A stretch of 64,000 nucleotides of DNA from Mobula hypostoma. Lineage: Eukaryota. Below are positions 12,941-24,734 of this stretch, in pieces. Under the pieces are notes generated by a model. The model was not told the DNA's origin. It saw only the letters and a program-made list of their open reading frames with translations, and searched no databases. Position numbers and translations under genes: made by a program. Every line of letters starts with the position of its first letter. Position 1 is the stretch's first letter. The DNA is taken from the NCBI RefSeq assembly GCF_963921235.1, contig NW_026948178.1, positions 372,001 to 436,000 on the forward strand, in the 5' to 3' direction.

Positions 12941-15900
12941 AACAGAGACAAACGAACACTAACTTTTGGACTGTCACTCTAAGGCACGAGAATAACTTCA
13001 GGATTTCTGCTGAGTTAAGGAGAGACAGAGAGAGCACCAATCAACTCGTAAGTCGCTATGGTGACTGAGGGCGGCGTTATTTGATGGACTACCAGTTTAT
13101 AGTTTCTCTGGAGTATGTTTATACTTCCCTCAAGGACATTTGCCTGCTTGTACATTTCTCACACAGACAAAGCAAGGAGGAGTTATTTGAATGACAGTTG
13201 ATATTCAGTACGTTGAGGGAAATAGGAGGTCAGATGATAGACCTCAGGCAGATGTTTCTAAACACTGAATGAGCTTTATTGTGCCCAAAGAAAAAGTGGG
13301 CAGAAAGACAGAGACAGTTTAAAAGGGAGATGTCGTAGCTGAGAGGTTTAGTGTCGGACCCTGATCATTTTACAGCTTGGAAGGGCTCGTCTTGTTTGAT
13401 GAATTTAAAAGTTGTGTCCCCTATGCTGTAAGGGCATACCCGGATGCAGAGGATGTCGCCACCCTGCGGGGTCTGCTCAGAAAGCAGACGACGTTGTTTT
13501 AACCCACGGGGTTGAGTTTACTCCAGATGAGAGTTACCCAGAGTGTAGCTGGGAGATTCGGGGTGACCATGAATTTGAAACTGGGACAAGTGTTGACAGC
13601 CCAGAAGAGGCAGCTGTCCAGATTGCCTGTGTTCAGGTTGCTGAAGTACCTGTGAATTCACAGGTTTCTGAACCTTGTGTTGAAGCTCAGTTAAATTCTG
13701 AGGTGTCTGACTTAGTTGAAAAGGAATGCACATTTCTGTGTCAGATGATCTTGGTTCAGTGAATAAGAGGTTAACCTTGGTACCAGTGGGATGTGAGGAT
13801 TCTCAGTCACTTGCATTAGACAGCGAGCTAAAAGTGTGATATGGTGAAAATTCGTAAGCTAAGTGTTAATGGAAATAAGGGGAAAGTGCTGCTCCTGGAC
13901 TTTTGGATAAAGTATTGCGAAAGTTTGGATTGGTTGCGCGACCTTTGATCCTGCTTGCAGGACGAAGGCCTGCTGAGGAAAGATGTGGAACTCTGTTGAA
14001 TTTTGTTTGATGTTGTGAAGAAGAAGAATGGTTATGGTTCTGGGGTGGACGTTGCTATGGAGACAAGTCGGAGTGAAGGTCGTAATCAGATGAATGGATT
14101 GTTTGGTCTCTTCCACACTGTATACATGGTTCTCATAAGCCTGGTGATGGTGCTAAGTTTCGTAAACAATGGAGGAACGTTGACACCTCTCCAAGATAAT
14201 GTTGAATAGCTGTTCAATTGATGAGCCAAGTAGCTGCTGAGAATTCACACAGAACGACTGATAGTTATCCCACAGGCACAGATACTCGAAGTATGTTTAC
14301 GAAGCCTGTTGAGGCCCATGATAGCAAGACCCGAGGTTTAAATTATTATGTTGAGCCTCAGACTTTTCTTCCTTCCAGATTTCAGCAGGACTTAGGGGGT
14401 AGTAAGGCCGCTAAACGAAAGCGAGCTCAGCGACGCTGCGGCTTACCGGGGGCTGGCGGGGGGGCTACAATAGGTAATGAGATCGGTAGCGTCCAACGGA
14501 CCTTTCGGCACTGATTGGTCATTTAATAAGATCAGGGACGATCTCCCCGGTTCTCATTTCCAGTTAACTGAGGAACAACAACTCAAAGTAGACCCAAAAC
14601 AGATGGTACCTGTTCACTTCCCTCCTTTTGTATTCTACTCTCTGGACCCATTTCTCTTCACTTCAGATACCCATCAACTTCCCCTGGTCCCTTTCCATCT
14701 TTCATTTCTGCCATGGTCCAGTCTGCTCTGTAATCGGATTCATTTTCCTTCAGCGCTTTACTTTCCCCACACTCCAGGCTCACCATTCACCTTCCAAATA
14801 GACAACCTTCCTCTCCCCGACTTAATTATTCTGGCGCCTTTCTGCTTCCTTTTCAGTCCAGCGGAATGGTCTCGGCCCAAAACGTGGGCTGTTGATGCAT
14901 TTCCAGTCGGTGGTGGGGAAACTGCTGGAGTCAGTTATCAAAGATGTGATAACAGCACATTTGGAAAGCGGTGAAATCATCGGACAGAAGTCAGCATGGA
15001 TTTGTGAATGGAAAATCATGTCTGGCGAATTTCATACAATTTTTTGAGGATGTTACTAGTAGAGTGGATAGGGGAGAACTAGTGGATGTGGTATATTTGG
15101 ATTTTCAAAAGGGTTTTGACAAGGTCACACACAGGAGATTAGTGTGCAAACTTAAAGCACACGGTATTGGGGGTAAGGTATTGATGTGGATGGAGAATGG
15201 TTAGCAGAATAAACGGGACCTTTTCAGAATGGCAGGCGGTGACGAGTGGGGTACCACAAGGCTCAGTGCTGGGACCCTAGTTGTTTACAATATATATTAA
15301 TGACTTGGATGAGGGAATTAAATGCAACATCTCCAAGTTTGCGGATGACACGAAGCTGGGTGGCAGTGTTCGCTGTGAGGGGGGTGTTAAGAGAATGCAG
15401 AGTGACTTGGATAGGTTGGGTGAGTGGGCAAATTCATGGCAGATGCAATATAATGTGGATAAATGTGAGGTTATCCACTTTGGTAGCAAAAATAGGAAAA
15501 CAAATTATTATCTGAATGGTGGCCGATTAGGAAAAGGGGAGGTGCAACGAGACCTGGGTGTCATTATACACCAGTCATTGAAAGTGGGCATGCAGGTACA
15601 GCAGGCGGTGAAAAAGGCGAATGGTATGCTGGCATTTATAGCGAGAGGATTCGAGTACAGGAGCAGGGAGGTACTACTGCAGTTGTACAAGGCCTTGGTG
15701 AGACCACACCTGGAGTATTGTGTGCAGTTTTGGTCCCCTAATCTGAGGAAAGACATCCTTGCCATAGAGGGGCTACAAAGAAGGTTCACCAATTTGATTC
15801 CTGGGATGGCAGGCTTTTCATATGAAGAAAGACTGGATGAACTGGGCTTGTACTCGTTGGAATTTAGAAGATTGAGGGGGGATCTGATTGAAACGTATAA

Positions 15901-18070
15901 AATCCTAAAGGGATTGGACAGGCTAGATGCAGGAAGATTGTTCCCGATGTTGGGGAAGTCCAGAACAAGGGGTCACTGTTTGAGGATAAAGGGGGAGCCT
16001 TTTAGGACCGAGATTGGGAAAAACTTCTTCACACCGAGAGTGGTGAATCTGTGGAATTCTCTGCCACAGGAAACAGTTGAGGCCAGTTCATTGGCTATGT
16101 TTAAGAGGGAGTTAGATATGGCCCTTGTGGCTACGGGGATCAGGGGGTATGGAGGGAAGGCTGGGGCGGGGTTCTGAGTTGGATGATCAGCCATGATCAT
16201 AATAAATGGCGGTGCAGGCTCGAAGGGCCGAATGGCCTACTCCTGCACCTATTTTCTATGTTTCTATGTTTCTATTTCCAGTGATGCAACCAGAAATGCT
16301 GGGTTCCTCCGGCATTTTGTGTGCTTTGCACCGGATTTCCAGTACCTGCAGATTTTACTCACTGGAGTTATTTGCGGTTTCCACAGAATCCATAATGCTA
16401 GTACTATGCGAAAACATATCTTACTCTGGAATATATGTCAGGAAAGATCCGTTTTAAATGTGCGGTCAATGCGGGTGAGTCACAGAGGAAAAGCAGGGTC
16501 AGGTCTGCACCTGCCGGACTGTGATCAGCGATGATCCCGGTAGCGTTTAGAGAAATAACAAATACGCTCAGCATCCTGGGGCCACAAGCCCAGATCCCCA
16601 CTCTGTCACGTGCACGTTCTGATCCAGACTAATCTCTCAAGAGGATTGGTTCTGCATGCGAGCTCCTCGTCCAGCAACATGCATCCTGCTGTCCTTATCG
16701 CTGAATGCTTACGAATGAGTCCATGCTGTTCGGAAGCGTTCCTGGTGTCAGAGAAAATATATATTGCTCTGACACTGAATCAGACAGACACAGTGCATCG
16801 ACCGAGAATGGTGTCATATTGCTCAAGCAGCATAGAATATGAAAATTGATGCTGTCGGGAGTTTAATGTGGAGAGTCAGACTGCAATTGTTGTGCGCTTG
16901 GTTAAACGTCTCAATAGAAATCCTCGTCTTCTCTTTCCAGGGCACAAGGGACAATGCAGACGATGGAAGCTCTACTTATATGGTAAGGACTATATTTGCA
17001 TCAGTCTCTTTTTGAAGTAATTGTTTTAACTTCACACAATAAGAAACAGAACCTGAAGTGAGACATTCGATAGCGAAAATAAAGTAGAAGATGCAACAGA
17101 AGGGGATAGAGAAATGGCGGATCATCTCATGAAGTATGATGTGTCAGTCTTCACAGTGGAGCAAATCATCAGTGTAACAGTGTCAGTACAAGTGAGTGCT
17201 TGCAGTCACTATAATAAGGAGAATTTGCCAGGCAAGCTGGAAGGGCCGAAGGTAGATAAGTCACTTGGACTAAATGGACGAGATGAACTACACCACAACA
17301 TTCTGAAATGGGCCGCTGAAGAGGTATTAGACGGATTAGTACTGATATTCCCATCTGCAGATTGCTATGGAATTGTTTTTGAGGACCGGAAAGTTGCAAA
17401 TATCACTCTGATATTCTTGAAGGAAGGGAAGCGAATTGACAAGGGATTATGCTCCCTTTCGTTTGGGGATCATGCCTGTCTGTCTCGGATCCTCTTTTCA
17501 TCATGGTCTGACTATTCCGTGTTACTTTCAGACATAATTTATTAAATAAGCGGAAGTCATCTTCAATATTCCAGCTGTTCCCTTCTGTCACAAGTTGCTT
17601 TTGATTCAAAAAAATTCTGCTAATCATGCTGATTACGTTACATTGACAGGGACTTGTGCTGGAGGACCGATCTGTTTACAGTGATCTGAAGAGGTATGTG
17701 AATGGAATATTGGGCTGGCGATACACAGTGTCGCTTGTAAAGGAAACGTATCTACTAATTTCAGGTCTGTGAGTTATGCAGTGCCGTGTTTGTGCCCATG
17801 TATATATTACACTGTGATTAGCAGTTTCGAGACACTTAACAGGGCAAGATGCGAGTTAGGCGGTATCATACAGCGTTATATTGATATTGAAAGGAACAAA
17901 TTTCCTGGGCCCGTGGCGATATGAAAGATACAAGTTGTATGCAAAGTTGCATTGTCATGATGTTTGGCACAGAGTCTAAAATCATCATCCCGTAATTAAA
18001 ACTCACCAGCAGCAGCGCTTCCGGGTTGCTGACGTAGTCAACGTAAATGGTGTGTTGTTTCCTCAGATGA
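3357..18070 (+). CDS. CEACAM-like receptor gene A (leader, IgV N, TM, ITAM tail; 233 aa; spliced)
   Basis: Exons 3357-3408, 3610-3927, 8902-9022, 12169-12224, 12633-12697, 16941-16982, 17650-17693, 18067-18070. All introns GT-AG with compatible phases (1,1,2,1,0,0,2); total 702 nt, open to TGA. Every exon has a counterpart in gene B. Confidence 0.8.
3610..3927 (+). CDS. Gene A IgV-like N-domain exon (N1), no cysteines
   Basis: ttag acceptor, gtaagt donor, 318 nt; NGSLLL..V...DSGEY motif; lacks the canonical Ig disulfide as CEACAM N domains do. Confidence 0.9.
4452..4651 (+). pseudogene. Degenerate A-type IgC exon in gene A intron 2
   Basis: ttttgacag acceptor; EAVSWPNTTSNAAGSVEHNDTVSVACSARG aligns with exon 43090 (EPVSNVTVTSNATRLIEYNDTVTLTCLARG); loses similarity and stops at 4651 with no F-strand Cys. 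Confidence 0.7.
5023..6130 (+). mobile_element. Penelope-like element, truncated RT
   Basis: MDVQSLYTSIP, AMGTRMGP, RYIDD, YYKPT motifs; same insertion as 40180-41290. Confidence 0.9.
6545..7585 (-). mobile_element. CR1 LINE RT fragment
   Basis: Minus ORFs with YRPVSLTS, GVPQGS, KFADD. Confidence 0.9.
7755..8005 (+). mobile_element. Penelope terminal-repeat-derived fragment
   Basis: Similar to 41760-42005 (gtctcggcccgaaacgtcgac... motif). Confidence 0.7.
8330..8790 (-). mobile_element. CR1 3' end fragment
   Basis: Minus strand encodes IETFRMLKGRDRVDVE, typical CR1 ORF2 C-terminus. Confidence 0.75.
8902..9022 (+). CDS. Gene A transmembrane exon
   Basis: (A)KTDDKYTLGSGAIVGIVLGLLVVGLIGGVSGLLMARKIG(G); GxxxG-rich, resembles CEACAM1 GAIAGIVIG; phase 1 to phase 2. 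Confidence 0.85.
9150..11070 (+). mobile_element. CR1 LINE, degraded ORF2
   Basis: Similar to 311-2420; NYRPVSLTS, QHGFV motifs; many stops. Confidence 0.9.
12169..12224 (+). CDS. Gene A cytoplasmic exon 1 (IKDIPQSKHDRSVNSGRK)
   Basis: ttattcag/gtgagt; homologous to 47901-47938. Confidence 0.8.
12633..12697 (+). CDS. Gene A cytoplasmic exon 2 (STPDTNTVNPSQIYENFMGIEQ)
   Basis: ccgacag/gttgga; same 65-nt length as the homologue 48624-48688. Confidence 0.8.
12764..14469. mobile_element. LTR-type insertion (TG...CA, 5-bp TSD ATAGG) containing a Gypsy/Gmr1-like gag remnant
   Basis: ATAGG at 12759-12763 and 14470-14474; absent from the equivalent gene B intron; about 13365-13510 reads ...LVLFDEFKSCVPYAVRAY...ATLRGSAQKADDVVLTH (SCAN-like capsid). 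Confidence 0.7.
14908..16273 (+). mobile_element. Young 5'-truncated CR1 with 9-bp TSD
   Basis: TSD ATTTCCAGT at 14899-14907 and 16274-16282; 298-aa open RT C-terminus; (TTTCTATG)n tail. Confidence 0.92.
16941..16982 (+). CDS. Gene A cytoplasmic exon 3 (GTRDNADDGSSTYM), first part of ITAM
   Basis: ctttccag/gtaagg; 42 nt, phase 0/0; homologue 49918-49959. Confidence 0.8.
17650..17693 (+). CDS. Gene A cytoplasmic exon 4 (GLVLEDRSVYSDLKR), rest of ITAM
   Basis: ttgacag/gtatgt; 44 nt; homologue 51803-51846; stop follows in terminal exon at 18067 (cag|A TGA). Confidence 0.8.
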
Positions 18071-18939
18071 CGTCACTGGGGAACGGAAGAGGATGGTTGG
18101 CAGGTGAATTGACACAGAGGAAGGACAACCATCGAGGAAAAAGCCATCGTTCACAATGTCTTTCGTTATTTCTTTATAATTGTTCTCCATGTCTCCGCTA
18201 GATAGCTTCTGCGGTTAACATCCTCACGACGAAGACATCGCTGACGGTTCTGACTCGTTTGTACCATAGCAGCTTAGTTCGCTCAGCTCAGCCCAGACTT
18301 TACATCCCATAATTGTCACCTCCACACTGCCACCAACATATACCCTCTCAACGTTGCTGTGTGATACAATCTCTGTACCGTCCTGACCCACATCATGGGC
18401 CGATAGGTTTCTGACCACTTGGTACGCTCAGAAACATGAAATATCGTAGCGTGTCGCTCTCAACCCTCAGCGTCGCTCCGTTATTCACTTGGCGTGAGGC
18501 CGGTTCAGCGGCACAAGCGGCCAAGTGGGAATAATTCCATTAATTTCACCCTCAGCGTCACGGAGCTGGCTGTGAGCAAGGGATACGTATTCGCGCACTG
18601 AATACTGTGTCAGTCTCCTCGTATTCAGCTTCCGTTAGTGTCTCAGAGCCACAAACCCATTTGGACAGAGCGGTGGGGATACGAGAACGGAAGGCAGAAG
18701 TGCTTTTCCAGTGATTAGAAAATACCTAATGAGCTTTAGTGTTTCTAAGCAAAGCAGCAAATAACATAGTCTCTGTGCTCTTAGCTTCGATTAAAGCTAT
18801 TCTACTCTGGTGCTGTTAGCATTGCGAGTTCGGAGATGAAGTCCGGCGTCACGTGTAATAAATCTGTAGATCTCCCTGTCCAGAGTCCGGGAAGGTTAAT
18901 TGGTCATTGTAAAGTGTCCCGTGGTTAAGTTAGTGTCAG

Positions 18940-19575
18940 AACATCGAACACAGAACATAGACATCTACAGCAAATTACAGGCTCTTCGGCCTACAATGTT
19001 GTGCCGACCATGTCACCTACTCTGGAAACTGCCTTGAATTACCCTGCCACATCGCCCTGTATGTTTCTAAGCTCCATGCGCAGATCACAGAGACACTTAA
19101 AAGATCCCCACAACACGCTGGAGGAACTCAGCAGGTCGGGCAGCATCCGTGGAAAAGATTGGTCGACGTTTCTGGCCGGAACCCTTCGTCAGGACGTTCC
19201 GGCCCGAAACGTCGACCAAACTTTTCGACGGATACTGCCCGACCTACTGAATTCCTCCAGCGTGCAGTGAGTGTTGCTTTGACCCCAGCAGCTGCAGATT
19301 ATTTTGAGTTTGCACTTCAAAGATCCATTGCATCCGCCTTCGCTGGGAGTGCATTCCACGCACCCTGCACTCTCTGTGTGAAAATCTTACCCCTGACCTT
19401 CCCCTAGTACCTACCCCCAAATTCCATAAAGGTACGCGCTCTGGCGTTAGTCATTTCAGCCCTGGGGAAAAGCCTCTTGCAATCCGCACGATCAATCACC
19501 GTCATCGTCTTGTACACCTCTCTCAGTCACCTCTCATCCTCCGTCGCTCCAAGGAGAAAAGGCCGAGGTCACGCA
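18940..19575 (-). mobile_element. CR1 3' end with nested Penelope-derived short element (about 19110-19310)
   Basis: (AGAACAT)n tail on + strand; nested segment has the gaaacgtcgac motif. Confidence 0.65.
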
Positions 19576-20819
19576 ACCTATTCTCATAGGCCATGCTCCC
19601 CAACCCAGGCATTGCCCTCGTAAATTTACTCTGTTCGTGGGGTTTGTCGTCGGTTGCTGAAAGTCTATTCCGCGCTTTATGGCTGAATAATAAATGTAAT
19701 AAAATAGAAACCTTTGCTGAAACCCTGAGTTGCCTCCTGATTTCTGCGTGAATTAGCTCAGTAAATGATTATCAATCCGAGTCACTGTTTCAGCCCCCGT
19801 CACCAATGTTCCCGTACCCCGAGATTATGACGTCACTTCCTGTTTGAAAAACCCTGATTTACCCCATAACCCGTTCACATCCCCTGGTTCTTCCACCAGT
19901 CTCCCTGGTGTCTATGTTTCACTGTAACGCAGTTACGTGATTTTTTGCTGCGTATTATGGATTCAAATTTCTTTCTTTGCTCTTTGGTTCGGACAGCTCA
20001 AGGTGGCTGGGGGGTGGCGGGGGGGTGGGCGGGAACAGACGTGAATAGGAACTGACACCTCGGCCAACGAAAACCATCATGTGATATTAGAACAATACAT
20101 CTGCCGATATGAGATCAGCACACCTCCATTCCCCGCGTAAGTGCCCAAATGACACTTAAGCTGCGATTCTCTGCTTCCCCTGACAGTGCGTTCAAGGCAC
20201 CGACCACTCTCGGTATTTCATACAAATCTGGATTTCACTTTTCCTTCTCTCACCTGGTCACCAGTTCCTGTCGTATTTACCACCCGCCCCCGAATTTGTG
20301 CTTTCCGTTTTTTTTTTTCTTTCATTTGGATAACATGAATCAAATTATATCAGTATGGGCTCCTGCAGTCAATAACCCATAGTATTCAAGTTGACTGTGT
20401 TGTATTCTCTCACTGTTGCAATTCAACAATTCACCTTGCCGCTCTCCACCTGAATATAATTTTCTTCTCGCGTGTACCCCTGAATCCCACGCAGATCGCT
20501 TTGAATTCCAGTCAGTTACATTAAGATGATTTGATAACCTGAGTCTATTCGAGCTGCCCTGACTCCGGGACCAGTGGATTCTCTGTCACCATAGGGAGAG
20601 AGAGAGGCCTCCGGTAGCTCGCACAGCGCCTGCTGTCTCGACGTTTCCGTCTCTCCAGATGCTTCAGTCGGCAAAATCGGCGCGGAAAAGGGTCACACCC
20701 ACAGCCTCACCCCGAAAGCACACGTCGCCGAAGCAGCTCCAGGAAATCCGGAAATAATGCAGGCCGCTTGGCAGTTTCCCAGAACGGGAACACGTAGCCC
20801 GGGAAGGAGACGAAGGGTG

Positions 20820-21720
20820 GGAATAAAGGAAGCCTTTTCGGACTGGCAAACGGTGACGAGTGGTGTTTCACAGTGTCTGTGTTGGGAAAGGTTCCTTTCC
20901 GTCAGATGTCAGTGAGTGGGATGGTGGTAGTGATGGCTTTGTTGTAAGGTTTGCAGACGATTTGAAGAGAGATGAAGAGACATCAAATTAGAGAGGCTAA
21001 AGAAGGACTCAGACAGATTGGGAGTTTGGGTAAAAAAGGCACATTTAATGTACTTTCGGAAGTGTTGAAAATGCGCTTTGGGGGATGAAATGGAAGGTTG
21101 ACCATTTTCTAAACAAAAAAAAAAACAAGACAAAAACTGGGGTACAAAGGGACTTGAGATTCCCTGTGCAGGGTTCGCTAAAGGTTGACTTGCAGGATCA
21201 ATCTTTGATTACGAAGGTAAATGAGGTGTTGGAATTCATTTCAAGAGGACAATGCTCTGGTGACAGCTAAATTGCGGCATTGTAAGCAGGTCTGAGCCGT
21301 TTGTCTGACAAACGATGAGCTGAAACTGATGAAGAGTTCAAAGCAGTTGTGTGGAAGTCATTCCAGGATAGAATGGCTTGTCCGTTGAAGAGCTTTCAAT
21401 GGCTGTGGCCCTGTATACAGCGAGTTCAGAAGCAGGAGGGGTGACCTCAATTAAACCTATCGAATGGTGAACGGCGTTGAGAGATTGGATGTGGAGAGGA
21501 TGTTTTCCATAGTGGGGGAATCTAGGACCAGTTGACACAGAGAGAGTGGATGTGGAGAGGATGTTTCCTATAGTGGGGGAAGCTAGGACCAGTTGACACA
21601 GAGAGAGTGGATGTGGAGAGGCTGTTTCTTATGGTAGTGGAAACTAAGACCAGAAGACAAACCCTCAGGATTAGAAGGCGCACTTATAAGAAGAAGATGA
21701 CACTCGAAAAAAAAAGAGGC
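20820..21720 (+). mobile_element. Degraded CR1 with internal 61-bp triplication (21481-21660)
   Basis: CR1 RT/C-terminal similarity; three copies of ...gtggatgtggagaggatgttt...ctaggaccagttgacacag. Confidence 0.7.
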
Positions 21721-22239
21721 GATAAGAGATCTGAGATGGACGTGGTCTGTTCTGACGCACCCGCGGTGACCCGTGTTCAATCACGCTCCCCACCTTCTCT
21801 GTCTCTCTGTTGCTGTTTATAAAGAGTTAACTTTCTGTCGATCTAGTTTCTGCAGATTGCAATCGGCTGCTTCCTTTGTTGTAAACAAAGTTGGTTCCGA
21901 ACAAACTGGCGTTGTGTAACACATACTTCCCGAGCTCAATTCTAAGAAAAACAGGAGAAAAAAAAAACATCTCCCGAATGTCAGCCTTTGACGAGCTTAG
22001 TCCTATGTTGTCAGGTTAGAGATCCTGTCTCAAACTTTGTTTCATCCTTATACCCTCCGCACCACTTGTTGTCTGATGAGCACAGGGGAAAACAACATTA
22101 AACAATTCTCCGGTCCTCTAACATGCCCAACCATTCAGTACAATATGTCCCAAGCACTTCACTCCCAATTCCCTATCACCCTCTATCCCCTGCCAACTCA
22201 CCCCTCCCCGACCATTCCATTATTCTTCTTCCAGACTAG

Positions 22240-22600
22240 GAAGACTCTTGGAGTACTGTGCCCAATTCTGGTCACCTCACTATGGGAAGGATTTCGAAGC
22301 ACTGGAAAGGGTACAGAGGATATTTACCAGACGCTACCTGGTTTAGAGAGTATGCATTATGATCAGAGATCAAGGGAGCTAGGGCTTTACTGTTTGGAGA
22401 GAAGGAGGATGAGAGGAGACATGATAGAGGTGTACAAGGTAATAAGAGGAATAGACACAGTGGATAGCCAGCGCCTCTTCCCCAGGGCACCACTGCTCTA
22501 TACAAGAGAACATGGCTTTAAGGTAAGGGGTGGGAAGTTCAACGGTGATATTAGAGGAAGGTTTTTTACTCAGAGAGTGGTTGGTGCGTGGAATGCACCA
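22240..22600 (+). mobile_element. CR1 3' fragment
   Basis: LGLYCLERRRMRGDMIEVYK...FFTQRVVGAWNA. Confidence 0.85.
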
Positions 22601-23114
22601 GCCCTTAATGATGGGTCAGCAATGCCAACGTGATCAGCTTCATGCTGTTGGCTGTCAACATTTCAGAGTATCTAATCTGTGTCAAGCACATTAATGCAAC
22701 TACAGAGGATGAAAGAAAATAAAAACATAGCAATTGAGATATTTAACCGGGTGTTACGAAAGAGTGGTTGGGATTGTTGCTGAGTATTTTAAGGGATGAA
22801 TCTGTGTGTTGTTGGCAAGGTAGGAATTTATCACCGCTCCCTTACCAAAATGTTACTGAGGTGTTTCTGGTGGGCTCTCTCCTTAAACTATCAGAGTACG
22901 TGGTACGTCACCAATGATTGTAGAGAGAAATCTATAGATGTACCAGGGAGAGCATTTTAAAAACAAGGAGCAGACAGATTCAGCAGGAAGGATTGAGCTT
23001 CTCGGGATCGGGTGGTAAGGGAGGTTGGTTGATTTGTCCAATATCAATGTGTGTTGATAGATTACAGAAAGAACATAGTCTCTCCACTGAGACATACCTC
23101 AGCGAGATATGGTC

Positions 23115-23715
23115 ACCAGGAATGTAATGTTAAAATTGTACAAGGCATTGGAAAGGCAACATTTGGAGTACTGTGTACAGTTCTGTTCACCGAATTGCAG
23201 GAAAGATGTCAATAAAATAGAGAGAGTACAGAGATGATTTACAAGATGTTACCTGGATTTCAGCACCTAATTTACAGAGAAAGATTGAGCAAGTTGGGTC
23301 TTTATTCTTTGGAGCGTAGAAGGTTGAGGGGGGACTTGATAGAGGTATTTAAAATTATGATGTGGATAGATAGAGTTGACGTGGATAGGCTTTTTCCACT
23401 GAGAGTAGGGGAGATTCAAACAAGAGGACATGAATTGAGTTTTACAGGGCAAAATTTAGGGGTAACACGTGGGGGAACTTCTTTACTCAGCGAGTGGTAG
23501 TTGTGTGAACGAGCTTCCAGTAAAGAGGTAGAGGCAGTTTCGATATTGTCATTTAAAGTAAAAATGGACAGCTATATGGACAGGAAAGGAATGGAGGGTT
23601 ATGGGCTGAGTGCAGGTCGGTAGGACTAGGTGAGAATAAGAGTTCGGCACGAACTAGAAGGCCCGAGATGGCCCTTTCCCGTGCTGTAATTGCTATATGG
23701 TAAAATGGTTGTATG
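23115..23715 (+). mobile_element. CR1 3' end
   Basis: LGLYSLERRRLRGDLIEVFK plus 3' UTR. Confidence 0.85.
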
Positions 23716-24734
23716 GAAAACAATTCCCAGGGGAATATTTTCACCGGAGCGTTGTGGGGATTGTTCATTAATATTTTAAGGGATGAATCTGGGTGCTGTT
23801 GGCAAGGCCGGAATTCATCACTCCTCCCTTACCAAAACCCCTCACTGAGGTGTTACTGGTGGGTTCCCTCCTTGAACTGTCAGACCCTGTCTGGGGAAGG
23901 TGGTTCCAAAGTGCTGTCAGGTAGCGGGTTCCGGGAATCGGACCCGCACTGTGATGTAGGCAGGACAGGCAGATTTCCGAGTGGCGGGATAAGCGGGTGG
24001 CGCTATTCGTTCATCTTATTGCTGCCATTCGCCCTCACGGCGAGAGCGATAGAGAGGGTGCGAGGGAGGAGGTGGGAGGTGGGGTGCGGCGGTGGGTGTA
24101 GTGGTGGGAGTGGTGGTCGTAGGTTCACGTATAATAGTCCTGGTGAGTAACTGCACTGCATTCTATAGACTGTGCACACATCGGCTGTTAAGTGCCGGTG
24201 GTGGAGGCAGGGAACTTTAATGTTGTCATTGTATCCGTTAGTTCTGTTGCAGTGTCTAACGCTACACTGTCTGCTAGCAATAGATAAGAGAGAAATGGGG
24301 AACTGCGGTAATCACTTCCCATATTTCTTCAGCAGTTCAATCCAAACAGAAATGCTGTCAAAAACAACTCAGTTCCCCCTCCATCGATCCCCTCACCCCA
24401 CAGGCCAGTTCATGCTGAAAAACATACAAACAGTTTTACAGATCGATGTTAGTTATAGCTTGTTTTTTCCTCCCCCTTCAGGACTGAAGGCTGTAGTACG
24501 TATAGTACTCACACCTCGCCAAACCCTTCCTCACCCACTCTCAAGCATTAAGTCAGTTCCAAGGGACTGTAAAAAAATAAATAAACTACGAGCCACACAT
24601 CCCACCCCCCAACAAGTTTCCAGGGCATCGCAGGGGGAGCAAACACTCAATACTGGAGGAGCTGGGTAGGTTCAACAACACCTGTAGAAGATCAACGTTG
24701 TAGGTCGAGACCCTTCACCAGGAGTGGAAAGGAA

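Noticed and set aside
15281-16177. 298-aa open RT ORF as a domesticated gene
   Set aside because: 5'-truncated CR1 with TSD, tail and upstream disruptions; it is simply young.
18068-18075. TGACGTCA at the gene end (also 52220) as a CRE
   Set aside because: It overlaps the stop codon of the terminal exon; its conservation is explained by paralogy.
20245-20460. Tiny AG...GT-bounded segments on the minus strand as micro-exons
   Set aside because: Only 14-15 nt, weak pyrimidine tracts, no recognisable product or paralogous support.
23713-24669. 145-aa and 165-aa ORFs
   Set aside because: No domain similarity or splice structure; low-complexity, repeat-derived sequence.
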